Below are positions 37,851 through 47,338 of a stretch of DNA of 63,460 nt, in pieces (the stretch's first letter is position 1; each line of letters starts with the position of its first letter). Origin of the DNA: Bacteroidales bacterium UBA4230 (lineage in GTDB: Bacteria > Bacteroidota > Bacteroidia > Bacteroidales > UBA932); the NCBI GenBank assembly GCA_002395605.1, contig DGXO01000034.1:1-63460 (forward strand). The letters run 5' to 3'. Both the position numbers and the translations under genes were made by a program. Under the pieces are notes generated by a model. The model did no database searches, was not told where the DNA came from, and was given only the letters and a program-made list of their open reading frames with translations.

Positions 37851-39010
37851 TCTCCACGGCCTTCATTGGCGTCAATGAGCCGGTTGATGGCCTCAACGGA
37901 AAGACCGGTGCGGAAACCGTCCGCGGGAGTGTTCATGCAGTAGTCCACAAGGCGGTCTACAGTTGATGTTGCCACGTGCATGCGGGTGTCTGAGGAAGCG
38001 TAGTAGATGAACACACGGCCGTCGGGGTCGGCAATCCAGCCGTTACTGAACAGCACGTTCATAACGTCTCCGATGTACTCCCAGCCTTCAGGTACCATGA
38101 AGAAGCCGCCGGGCTCTGCAATAACGCGTGAAGGGTCGTCAAGGGCGGTCATGTACATGTAAAGGACATAGCGCAGGCCGCTTGCGCAGCCGCGTACGCC
38201 GTGGGCAAGGTGCAGCCAGCCCTTAGGGGTCTTGATGGGATGCGGGCCTTCTCCGTTTTTCACTTCCTTTATGGTGTGGTAGTGACGGAGGTTGATTATC
38301 TTCTCCTCCTTTATCACGGCGCCTTCCATGGTGTCTACAAGGGCCCAGCCGATGCCGCCGCCGCTGCCGGCGTCAATGAAGCCGTCCTGGGGGCGGGTGT
38401 AGAGGGCATACTTGCCGTTCACGAATTCCGGATGAAGCACCACGTTGCGCTGCTGGCTGGTTGACTGGATATCAGGAAGCCTTTCCCAGTTCACAAGGTC
38501 CTTGGTGCGGGCTACACCGGCCGCTGCTGTTGCGGCAGAGAGGTCCCCTTCGGCCGAATGGTCCTTGCGCTCCACGCAGAAGATGCCGTAAATCCAGCCG
38601 TCTTCATGGGCGGTAAGACGCATGTCATATACGTTGGTGGCGGGTTCTCCCCACTCAGGCATGGTTATGGGGCGGGGCCAGAACTTGAAGTTGTCAACTC
38701 CGTTGGGGCTTTCGGCCACAGCGAAGAAACTCTTGCGGTCATTGCCTTCCACGCGAACTACAAGGACGTACTTCCCGTTCCACTTTATGGCGCCGGAATT
38801 CAGCGTTGCGTGCACGCCGATGCGCTCCATAAGGTACGGATTACGCACAGGGTCAAGGTCATAGCGCCACTCAAGGGGTGCGTGATCGGCCGTGATTATG
38901 GGATTTTCCCAGCGCTCGTAGACGCCGTTTCCTTCAATGGGGGAATTTTTCTTTTCAATCAGTGCCCGATGGTTGTTCCTAAGCCAATCAAGCCTCTTTT
39001 CATAATTCAT
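37844..39010 (-). CDS. GH130 4-O-beta-D-mannosyl-D-glucose phosphorylase
   Basis: RVEGNDRKSFFA, NVYDMRL, QQRNVVLHPE, EVKNGEG, GDVMNVLF. Confidence 0.94.
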   Translation of the reverse strand: MNYEKRLDWLRNNHRALIEKKNSPIEGNGVYERWENPIITADHAPLEWRYDLDPVRNPYLMERIGVHATLNSGAIKWNGKYVLVVRVEGNDRKSFFAVAESPNGVDNFKFWPRPITMPEWGEPATNVYDMRLTAHEDGWIYGIFCVERKDHSAEGDLSAATAAAGVARTKDLVNWERLPDIQSTSQQRNVVLHPEFVNGKYALYTRPQDGFIDAGSGGGIGWALVDTMEGAVIKEEKIINLRHYHTIKEVKNGEGPHPIKTPKGWLHLAHGVRGCASGLRYVLYMYMTALDDPSRVIAEPGGFFMVPEGWEYIGDVMNVLFSNGWIADPDGRVFIYYASSDTRMHVATSTVDRLVDYCMNTPADGFRTGLSVEAINRLIDANEGRGDK

Positions 39011-39022
39011 ATTTAGGTTATA

Positions 39023-40126
39023 TTAGTCAAGAAAAAGTATGTTATCAAGTTCACTGAAGGCCTTCATGTCGGCCTCATACTCAAAGCCCTTCCACGCGGC
39101 ATAGAAATGCTCCGGTTTGTCGTGGGCATTGCGCCAGGTGAGGAGATAGCTGATGGGGTACTCCCTCACGGCAGGCTCCAGGATCTCTGTCCACCAGGTG
39201 GGGTACTTGATGCCTTCATAGCCGGTTTCGGAGAGGCACATGAGCTTGTTGTGCTCATAAGAAAGGGCCGTAAGGAATGTAAGTATGCGGCGGAGTTCGC
39301 CCTTGAAACGGGCGCTGGCATCGGCCACGGTGCCATTTCCCACATATTCATAGGAATCCACGCCAAGGATATCCACAAACTCGTCTCCGGGATAGCGGCT
39401 CATGTATTCCTCCGGCTTTATGTCTCCGTTGGGGGAATAGCACCAGAGGATGTTTGTAAGGCCGCGGTCTTTGGTAAGGTACAGCCAGGTGTGGCGGTAA
39501 AGCTCCTGGTACTCCTGAGCGGAGCAAAGCTTGCCTCCCCACCAGAACCAGCTGCCTATATTCTCATGCCAGGGGCGGAAAACGACGGGGACATCCGGGC
39601 CGATGGATTCCAGGAAATCGGCCACACGGGACAGCCAGGTGCGGAATTCACGCTCCTTTTCCCCTCCCTTCAGGATGGATTTCACCACCTGGTCGGAGCT
39701 CACATCCCAGGCGTCGCCGCCGGTAAGGGGATTGCGCGGATGCCATGAGAAAGTGACTATGCCGCCGCGCTCCACCTGTTTTTGAGCCGCACGGCGCATA
39801 AGGTCGAAGGGCACACCGTCAAGGTTCTCGTCGGCCCCCAGCTCAATGCCGCCAAGGTCACAGCCAAGGATAACGGGATACTTTCCGGTAACATCCTTGA
39901 CATCCGAGCGCTCCAGGGGATCATTCTCCGCGTCCGTTACCAGCCAGTTGTGGCCGTAGAAAAGGTCGTCCTGGTGGCCGTAGGCAATCTTGCCTTCTTC
40001 GGCATAGGTGAAAAGCCTGTGCACAAGCTCATCTTTTGGCGTTTCCATAGGCTTTTTGTCACGGGGACCGCAGCCAACGCACATGGCCACCGCAAGAAGG
40101 GAGAGGTAAGCGTTTTTCCTAATCAT
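39023..40126 (-). CDS. GH26 beta-mannanase
   Basis: YGHQDD, FSWH, FRPWHE, LSETG, TWRN. Confidence 0.94.
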   Translation of the reverse strand: MIRKNAYLSLLAVAMCVGCGPRDKKPMETPKDELVHRLFTYAEEGKIAYGHQDDLFYGHNWLVTDAENDPLERSDVKDVTGKYPVILGCDLGGIELGADENLDGVPFDLMRRAAQKQVERGGIVTFSWHPRNPLTGGDAWDVSSDQVVKSILKGGEKEREFRTWLSRVADFLESIGPDVPVVFRPWHENIGSWFWWGGKLCSAQEYQELYRHTWLYLTKDRGLTNILWCYSPNGDIKPEEYMSRYPGDEFVDILGVDSYEYVGNGTVADASARFKGELRRILTFLTALSYEHNKLMCLSETGYEGIKYPTWWTEILEPAVREYPISYLLTWRNAHDKPEHFYAAWKGFEYEADMKAFSELDNILFLD

Positions 40127-40209
40127 TTTATTATCAATAACTTACGTATTTTACTCCTATCCTTTTTGCCTGGAGTAAATGTTGTATTTAACTATAAATC
40201 AATTAATTA
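40120..40209. repeat. 90-bp box-dyad-box element, copy E6
   Basis: Boxes TAATCATTTTATTATCAATAACTTA (40120) and TATTTAACTATAAATCAATTAATTA (40185); centred dyad TTTACTCC / GGAGTAAA. Confidence 0.8.
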
Positions 40210-40221
40210 ACAAAAACGGCA

Positions 40222-41754
40222 TCAGAAAGTGGGTGCGCTGTTGTAAACGGAATCAAGGGTGTAGGAGCTGGTGGAAGTGTTCCAGGCCCTGACCATAGCC
40301 TTCACAGGGTCCGTTCCGTTATCCGTAACCTTACCGTTTCCGTGATCTATGTAGCCGTGTTGTTCCTTGCCATAACCATTGGCTCCGTTATCCCACAGGA
40401 ATGGAGCGAAGCCGTAGGTTTTGGCAGCCTTTACCACATATTCCAGATAGTAGCAGAAATATGCCCAGGCCTTTGCGTCGTTCTTGTTACGCATAGAGCA
40501 GCCGAACTCACCCATATATACGGGGACGTTCTTTGCAATATACGTATTGAATATATCGGAGAACAGAGCCCTTATCTCATTCTCTCCGTTCTTGTATGAG
40601 GTTCCGGTATGGCCCCAGTCAGGGAGTTGCTTGTCCCCGATGGTATAGTCATAGGGATCATAGCAATGGAATGCCAGCATAATCTTTCCTGCGGGGTCAT
40701 TAGGAACCGTGAGATACTTCAGATAATTGGGGCTTGCGGCATATCCGGGAACGCCCAGCCAGCGGGTGGCGTTGTTGCCTCCGGTTGCACGGACGGCATC
40801 TACAAATACCTGATTCCATTCATTGATAACCGCGCACTTCTTCTCTGTGTTGGAAGAAGAAGACCATTCGTTGCCATAGATGAGTTCATTGAAGGATTCA
40901 AGCATAAGGAAATCTCCCTTCTCCTTGAACTTAGCGGCTATCTGGCCCCATACGGCTGCAATCTCCGCCTTCACCTGAGTGTTGATTGCGTCGCTGTTCA
41001 CTGCTCCCCTCAGGTCCTGCCAATGATTTCCGTCACCCTCACCGTGGTCTTCGTCGTGATGGGTGTTAAGGATTACCTTGAGGCCGGCGTTTTCTGCATA
41101 GCCCACCACCTCATATACGCGGTTGAGCCATTTTTCATCAAGAACGTAATCCGGAGCATCTCCAATATGTCCCATCCAGGTAACGGGGATGCGGACGCTG
41201 GTGAAACCAGCCGCCTTCACACCGTTGAAAGTGGCCTGTGTTGCCGATTTTCCCTGCCAGGCGGTCTCATTTGCCACACCGTTTGCGTATGCGTCGAAGT
41301 GGTTTCCCATATTCCAGCCAAGACCAAGTTCCATAGTGCGGGCAATGGCATCATTGCTCACGGTACCGGGATCTACGGGTTCTTCCTGTCCATCCTGGCT
41401 GACCGCCACGGATTTATCGGCCATTCCCGTTGCTGAAACGGTAAGGGTAGCCGTTCGGCTGGAGTACGTGGGATTGGCCTTCACCGAAAGAGTGAAGGTT
41501 ATCTTGTAGTTATTGAAAACCCCGTCTTTCATAGTGATCCAGTCCGGGAGACCTGAGAGTTTAGGACGCACCGGGGAATTGACGGTAAGTTGATACTCGG
41601 AGCCTTCTGCTGCGGCCGATATAGATTCCGGAGATACCGTGATGGCCGTAGGGGCTTCAGTTTTAGTGGAGTCCTTATCCTCACCTGCGGGCTTCTGGCA
41701 GCAGCAGGCTACGGAAACGAGGAAGAGGGTAAAGAGTTTGGAATGGTATTTCAT
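40222..41754 (-). CDS. BACON + GH5 endoglucanase (GH5_4-like) lipoprotein
   Basis: GWNMGN, VRIPVTW, LNTHH, ESFNE, HCYDP, MGEFG, LWDNG. Confidence 0.9.
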   Translation of the reverse strand: MKYHSKLFTLFLVSVACCCQKPAGEDKDSTKTEAPTAITVSPESISAAAEGSEYQLTVNSPVRPKLSGLPDWITMKDGVFNNYKITFTLSVKANPTYSSRTATLTVSATGMADKSVAVSQDGQEEPVDPGTVSNDAIARTMELGLGWNMGNHFDAYANGVANETAWQGKSATQATFNGVKAAGFTSVRIPVTWMGHIGDAPDYVLDEKWLNRVYEVVGYAENAGLKVILNTHHDEDHGEGDGNHWQDLRGAVNSDAINTQVKAEIAAVWGQIAAKFKEKGDFLMLESFNELIYGNEWSSSSNTEKKCAVINEWNQVFVDAVRATGGNNATRWLGVPGYAASPNYLKYLTVPNDPAGKIMLAFHCYDPYDYTIGDKQLPDWGHTGTSYKNGENEIRALFSDIFNTYIAKNVPVYMGEFGCSMRNKNDAKAWAYFCYYLEYVVKAAKTYGFAPFLWDNGANGYGKEQHGYIDHGNGKVTDNGTDPVKAMVRAWNTSTSSYTLDSVYNSAPTF

Positions 41755-41761
41755 AATTAAT

Positions 41762-43201
41762 CTATTTCAGTGAAGGCATTTCCTCGCGGGTGAGAACATT
41801 CTGCGAACTCATCAGCGTTTTCCAGTAAGATGTTGTATTCAGGGAATATGATTCAAGGTCCCACGCCATGAACCAGCTCCATTTCTGGCCGCCCGCAAGG
41901 CACTTTGAAGGGTCCGGGATGTTTCCGCACTCGCTCACAGTCACCATTTTATGGCCGGCCGAAAGTGCAGCCGCAGCCTTGTACTGGCGTGACTTAGCGT
42001 CGGTGTCGTCGGCATAAATGTCCACGCCAACTATGTCTACGAGGTCGTTGCCGGGGTACCAGGAGCCCCACTCGTTCTCTGCGCCCTGGGTGGCATCCAG
42101 CGTCCATACCCAGATGAGGTTGTCAAGGCCGTACTCCCCTTCCAGTTTGTCACGGAGGAGTTTCCAGAGCTGCTTGCAGGCAGCGGCCCCGCCACGGCCC
42201 CACCAGAACCAGGCGTTGTTGGTTTTTCCGTAGAGGTTGTAGTTTCCGGCGGCTTCGTGAAGCGGACGCCATATTACCGGGATTCCCTCATCCTGGAGAA
42301 GCTTGAGGTATCCCGCCACCTTCTCTATGTCCTTCAGGATGAATTCGTTCTCCCAGGTGCCGGAGGTAATGGCATTCTGGATGCTGAAGGAGGTCTTGTC
42401 GGAATAGAAGTTATAGCCGGAGAAGTCTCCGTTCTTGCCTTTTTCCCAGTCGGCCTTGGTGGAAGGGACGTTCCAGTGCCACATCATGGACACAAGGCCA
42501 TTGTTTTTCCACTGCTCCTTCTGGGCCGATATATCCGAATAGTTCACCACCCAGTTCCATCCCTGTGGAGTGGGAGAATACTGGAGGAAGATGTAGTCAT
42601 AACCTGCCAAGGCCGGGTGCTTTCCGGTCATCTGGAAAAGCTGGTTCACGCGGTCGTTGTTGTTTGCCGTACCGCCGGACTGGACGCCACTCAGCATCTT
42701 CTCCCCGGCTATGGAAAGGAGGAATTCATACACGTTCTTTGCCTCAGCAGATGCATTGGGATTGGTCAGAGCCGCGTCATATTCATCGGCGGGGATAATG
42801 GGATCCTCAGGGTCTACGGGTTCGACAGGATCTCCTCCGGCATCCTGAGACACTTTCAAGCTCCCTGAAAGGCTTCCGGCAGAGAATACAATGGTTCCCA
42901 TTTCCGGCTCACAGGAATAATTGCTATTTGCCGAAAGGGTTGCCGTCATCTTATATTTAGTCTTGTCATACGTGCCCTCCTTGAACGTCACCCAGGCGGG
43001 ACAATCCTCCAACACAGGGCGTTCCGGGGCGTATATGATCAGAGATACGCTGCCTCCAGCTACAGGGAATACAACCTCTGCAGGATCAAAAGAGATACTC
43101 TTCGGGACCTCTGGGATGCCTTCCCCGGATGTACCAGGTTTGGTACAGGATACTGCCAGACCCACCAAAATGGCCAAAGCCGATATAAGATAACGTTTCA
43201 T
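41762..43201 (-). CDS. BACON-like + GH26 beta-mannanase lipoprotein
   Basis: Lipobox AVSC; MWHW, WRPLHEAAG, WFWWG, WYPG, SECG. Confidence 0.92.
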   Translation of the reverse strand: MKRYLISALAILVGLAVSCTKPGTSGEGIPEVPKSISFDPAEVVFPVAGGSVSLIIYAPERPVLEDCPAWVTFKEGTYDKTKYKMTATLSANSNYSCEPEMGTIVFSAGSLSGSLKVSQDAGGDPVEPVDPEDPIIPADEYDAALTNPNASAEAKNVYEFLLSIAGEKMLSGVQSGGTANNNDRVNQLFQMTGKHPALAGYDYIFLQYSPTPQGWNWVVNYSDISAQKEQWKNNGLVSMMWHWNVPSTKADWEKGKNGDFSGYNFYSDKTSFSIQNAITSGTWENEFILKDIEKVAGYLKLLQDEGIPVIWRPLHEAAGNYNLYGKTNNAWFWWGRGGAAACKQLWKLLRDKLEGEYGLDNLIWVWTLDATQGAENEWGSWYPGNDLVDIVGVDIYADDTDAKSRQYKAAAALSAGHKMVTVSECGNIPDPSKCLAGGQKWSWFMAWDLESYSLNTTSYWKTLMSSQNVLTREEMPSLK

Positions 43202-43220
43202 AGAGTCAGTTTATTGGAAC

Positions 43221-43247
43221 CCGGAGGGAGGGTTCGGCCCCCTCCGG
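43221..43247 (-). terminator. Intra-operon stem-loop
   Basis: CCGGAGGG...CCCTCCGG hairpin right after the glycan-binding protein genes; weak U tail. Confidence 0.5.
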
Positions 43248-43259
43248 ATTAAAAGAGCA

Positions 43260-46013
43260 TTACTTCTTAAGGCCGATGCCCGTGATGGTGTAGCCGGTGC
43301 CACAGACCACAAGGCCGCCGTTTGCCGTAAGTTCATCGATATCGGCCTGGGTGAGTTCTATCTCGTGGCCGCCGTCCTGAAGCGGGAGGTTGCCGTCCGG
43401 AGCAAGACCGGCCGTGCTGGGAATTGCTGCCCAGCTGCCGTTACCGAAGCGGATGCAGCCTTCGGGATCATCGATGGTGTAGTGGGCGCAGAGGATGGTT
43501 CCAGCCTCAACGGTGGACCAGTCATAGCCGCCCCAGGAGAGGGCTGTCACTGCTCCGCCGTCCCAGGTGACCGTTGAAGTGTCTTCCCATATAAGAGTCT
43601 CCTGAGGGCCGGCAGACTCAACGGTGACAAGGGCTATTTCAGTGATGGTGAAACCGGTTCCGCAAACCACCAGACCACCATTGTTCACAAGTTCAGCCAG
43701 GTCTTCTGCTGTAAGTTCGAATGAGTAGCCGCCTTCCTGCAGAGGCAGGTTGCCGTCCGGGGCAAGACCGGCCAGGCTGGGCATGGAGGCCCAGGAGCCG
43801 TTACCGAAGCGGATGCAGCCGGCGGCGTCGTCGATGGTGTACACGGCGGAAAGCTTGGTTCCGGGCTGTACGGTGGACCAGTCATAACCACCCCATGAGA
43901 GGGCTGTCACTGCTCCGCCGTCCCAGGTAACCGTGGAGGAACCTTCCCAGATAACGTCGCGCTTTTCAGCAGCGCCGAACTGGATGAGGGAGATGCCGGT
44001 GATTTCCACATTACCATCACCATTGATGATGAAGGCGCCGCCCCAGCCCACATCTTCAGTGAGTGAAGCAAGGACTTCTTCGGTGATTTCGAAGGAGAAG
44101 GACTGGGCTCCGCCGGGGAATCCGGCATCCTGCTTAATTTCGTTACCGCCACCAAGTTCATTCAGGGAGAGGTTACCCCAGTGGCCGTTCACAAGTTGCA
44201 GATCCCACCATCCTTCTTCGGGAGCGGTGTAGTAGATACGGACCTGGTCACCTACCTTGGCGCCAAGGGTTTCCCAGATAAAGCGGTCGTCACCGAATGT
44301 CACGCCTGCCCAGCCATTGATGATCTGGCTGCCCTGCCATATGAATGTCTCCGTGAACGGAGCGGTGATGGCAAAGGGAACGGGCCAAGTAAGCTCTGTA
44401 CCGTCAATAAGGACAATAGCAAGACGATATACGCCGGGGCCAAGGCCCTCAGGTATACCAAACGACATGGCTGTATCTGTGCGGACAGCGTAGGAAGTCA
44501 CCTTCTTGCTCTTCACGAATATCTGCTCTATCTGGAGAAGGTTCTTACCGGTAATGGAGATATTCTGGCCAAGGCCGAATGAAGGAGAGTCGAACTTGAT
44601 GGCAACGGCAAGATCATAGGTTACCGTGATATTGTCGGTAACAGTCTCATAACCACTGTCGGCGGTAAGGGTGATGGGACCGCTGTAAGCCTGCTCAGGG
44701 ATGGCTACCCTTACTACCAATGCATCATTCTCGTCCTTGCCGAACTCGAATTCGCAGTCGATAAAAGACTGCTCCTTGTTTCCAATCTTGGCGCTGGTCA
44801 CAAGGTCAAGGTCTGTACCGCTCACAACAATCGTATCCACGCCTGCGACAGCCTCGGTCTTGTCAATGCCGGTTGCAACGGGTTTCACCACTTCGATATC
44901 CTCGCTATAGGCCTGCTTGCCGGATTCAAGGGTTACGGTGATGGCACCGTCCTTGGCCGCAGCGGGCTGGGTGGCGAAGATCTTGCCGTCCTTGAGGTAC
45001 CATGAAGCCTCGGCGTTGGTGAATTCAACCTTGGTCACAAGGTCAAGGTCCTTACCGGCGATCTCAACCTCGCAGCCTGCCTTGTAGCGGGCGTCTTCGG
45101 CAAGTGACTTGACCGAAAGCTCGGTTACGCTCACGGTAACAATCTCACCTGCATCGAAGTCCTTGCCTGCATAGGAAGTGAGGGTGATGTTGCCGTCCGC
45201 AGCCTTGGGAGGAAGGTTGAAGGTGATGGACTTGGTGTCCTCGGAAACGGTGTATTCAACATCGGCAACCTGAGGAAGGGCCACATTCTTGATCATGTCA
45301 AGGTGATCGCCGGTAACCGTAATCACATCACCGCTCTTGTAGGTTGTCTTTGCAGCCTTGGTAACGGTAGGATCTCCTACGGTAAGCTCCGAGGGAGTGT
45401 AGATATGATTCGGGATTGTGTTCTGGTCCTCAATCTCGTTGACGTCGGAAAGGATCACGGGACCGCTGATGGCGTTGGCCGGAAGCTTTACCTTGAGTTC
45501 ATGACGGGACTGACTCTCAAACGCTACGGAAACCGCGTCCTCACCGCTGAAGATGATTTCCTTCACCACGTTGAGGTACTCACCCTTGATGGTGATTACG
45601 TCTCCGGACAATGCGGTTGTGGGAGAGAAAGAGGAAACCTCGATGGGCTCAGTGAATTCAAGATTGGACAGAGAAGTGATCTCGCGGCCGTCTTTGGCTA
45701 CGATGGTCACCTTGCCAACCTCAGGGCCCTCCATGGGAACAACCAGCTCCAGGGTGTCAAGCTTGGCACCCGTGGAGACTTTCTTGAACTCAGTGACAGT
45801 CACATCACCCGCAAAGCGGACTTCGCTGACCTGATCGAGGCTGCGTCCGTAAATACGCAGCACGCCGCCGCGCATGACCGGATTAGGGGCCAAACCGTTG
45901 AAAGAGAAGTTCTCTCCCATGGGGTCCACATCCATCTCCTTCTGGCAACCGGCCAGAGAGACCAGTGCAGCGCAGAGAGAGACGATGACAGAAAATCTAA
46001 ATATCTTTTTCAT
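43260..46013 (-). CDS. Surface glycan-binding lipoprotein with IPT/TIG repeats and tandem C-terminal CBM-like modules
   Basis: Lipobox LAGC; repeated GxxITIxGxxL; two closely similar 120-aa Trp-rich modules. Confidence 0.8.
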   Translation of the reverse strand: MKKIFRFSVIVSLCAALVSLAGCQKEMDVDPMGENFSFNGLAPNPVMRGGVLRIYGRSLDQVSEVRFAGDVTVTEFKKVSTGAKLDTLELVVPMEGPEVGKVTIVAKDGREITSLSNLEFTEPIEVSSFSPTTALSGDVITIKGEYLNVVKEIIFSGEDAVSVAFESQSRHELKVKLPANAISGPVILSDVNEIEDQNTIPNHIYTPSELTVGDPTVTKAAKTTYKSGDVITVTGDHLDMIKNVALPQVADVEYTVSEDTKSITFNLPPKAADGNITLTSYAGKDFDAGEIVTVSVTELSVKSLAEDARYKAGCEVEIAGKDLDLVTKVEFTNAEASWYLKDGKIFATQPAAAKDGAITVTLESGKQAYSEDIEVVKPVATGIDKTEAVAGVDTIVVSGTDLDLVTSAKIGNKEQSFIDCEFEFGKDENDALVVRVAIPEQAYSGPITLTADSGYETVTDNITVTYDLAVAIKFDSPSFGLGQNISITGKNLLQIEQIFVKSKKVTSYAVRTDTAMSFGIPEGLGPGVYRLAIVLIDGTELTWPVPFAITAPFTETFIWQGSQIINGWAGVTFGDDRFIWETLGAKVGDQVRIYYTAPEEGWWDLQLVNGHWGNLSLNELGGGNEIKQDAGFPGGAQSFSFEITEEVLASLTEDVGWGGAFIINGDGNVEITGISLIQFGAAEKRDVIWEGSSTVTWDGGAVTALSWGGYDWSTVQPGTKLSAVYTIDDAAGCIRFGNGSWASMPSLAGLAPDGNLPLQEGGYSFELTAEDLAELVNNGGLVVCGTGFTITEIALVTVESAGPQETLIWEDTSTVTWDGGAVTALSWGGYDWSTVEAGTILCAHYTIDDPEGCIRFGNGSWAAIPSTAGLAPDGNLPLQDGGHEIELTQADIDELTANGGLVVCGTGYTITGIGLKK

Positions 46014-46025
46014 ATGCGCTTCTGA

Positions 46026-47327
46026 TTATTTGATTGGTACAACACGGACGTTGTCAATCCTGATGATAGGTGTGCAGGAAGCCTCGGGGAAACTCATTCC
46101 GCCATTGCAGATGAAGAACCAGATGCTGGAGAAGCTGGCTTCTGTAACCTCCTGGGTGGCAGGGGTACCGGACCAACCCTTGTTCACTTCCGTGAGAGGA
46201 ATTGTAACGGTAATCCATTTGTCGGCAGTATCAAAAGTACCGGTTTCCTCCCAAGGCATATAGAATGCGCGGGGAGCGGCTTCACCGTTCATGTATGTGT
46301 TGTTCTGACCTGCAACGGTATTTCCGTAGATATCCTGGATACCGGCATTTCCGAATGTGATAAGGTCTACACCGCCAAACACTATCTGCATGGGAGTGTT
46401 GTTCCAGGGATTTGCCGAAGGGACACACATCTCAAACTTGAGGCCCTTGTTCTGCCAGCCGGAGAAATCGGCGATATCTATAAGACGCGGTGCATCGGCA
46501 TAGTCTTCGGGGGTATTCCAGGTGCCAGGCCAGTAAACAAGGGAGAAGTTGGCTTCTTCCCAGGAACCGTCAAGCACAGCAGTACCGTCACCAAACTGGA
46601 AGTAGCGGCCGCTGATACCGTTTCCGTCGTCGTCCTTGCTGCTGTGGCCGTTCCAACCGTGGTTGTCAAGGCCGGTGAGGCCGTCGAAGTCGAACAGCAT
46701 TCCGCGGGAATCCTTGTACATGAACACCGACTGGGCAGTTCCGGAAGCGGTTGTAACCTTGATCTTTCCGGGCTGTGCGCCGGCAGGGACTACAACGTTG
46801 AAGGAATCGCCTGTAGAAGATGTCACGTCAACAGGATCTGCGCCGGGGAACTGGACTGTGAGAGGAGCAAACAGGTAGGAGCCCTTCACGGTAACGGTTT
46901 CACCCACAGGCGCCCATTCGTTGGACAGGGCGGTAATCTTGGGAACCGGAGGCAGCACCTTGAAGTCGTAGAGGACTACGGAGCTGTCACGGGTAACGAG
47001 ATGAATCTTGTCATCGGTAACTGTAGGGAGAGTCTTGGGGACGGAAACCACCATTGTGTGGGCAGTGATGTAACTGGTGTTAAGCACTGCCGGCTGGTCG
47101 TTGAAGTAAAGGTCATGAACGCTGGTGAGATTGTCACCCACGATGCAGATGGTCTCCTCCATAGCGGCCTGGTCAATGATGAGGTCCCTGTCGGCGTAGC
47201 GAACATAAGTCACGGAAGGAATGCCGGAAGTAGGTTGGAACCTGTCCGGATAATCCACCTTCTTGCAAGATGATGCCAGCACGGCCAGACCCATGACAAT
47301 ACCAAAATATTTATTTATAGCTTTCAT
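46026..47327 (-). CDS. SGBP-B-like surface glycan-binding lipoprotein
   Basis: Lipobox ASSC; IPT domains; LKFE...WITVTIPL...IDNVRVVP; directly downstream of susD. Confidence 0.8.
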   Translation of the reverse strand: MKAINKYFGIVMGLAVLASSCKKVDYPDRFQPTSGIPSVTYVRYADRDLIIDQAAMEETICIVGDNLTSVHDLYFNDQPAVLNTSYITAHTMVVSVPKTLPTVTDDKIHLVTRDSSVVLYDFKVLPPVPKITALSNEWAPVGETVTVKGSYLFAPLTVQFPGADPVDVTSSTGDSFNVVVPAGAQPGKIKVTTASGTAQSVFMYKDSRGMLFDFDGLTGLDNHGWNGHSSKDDDGNGISGRYFQFGDGTAVLDGSWEEANFSLVYWPGTWNTPEDYADAPRLIDIADFSGWQNKGLKFEMCVPSANPWNNTPMQIVFGGVDLITFGNAGIQDIYGNTVAGQNNTYMNGEAAPRAFYMPWEETGTFDTADKWITVTIPLTEVNKGWSGTPATQEVTEASFSSIWFFICNGGMSFPEASCTPIIRIDNVRVVPIK

Positions 47328-47338
47328 GGATTCAGGAA

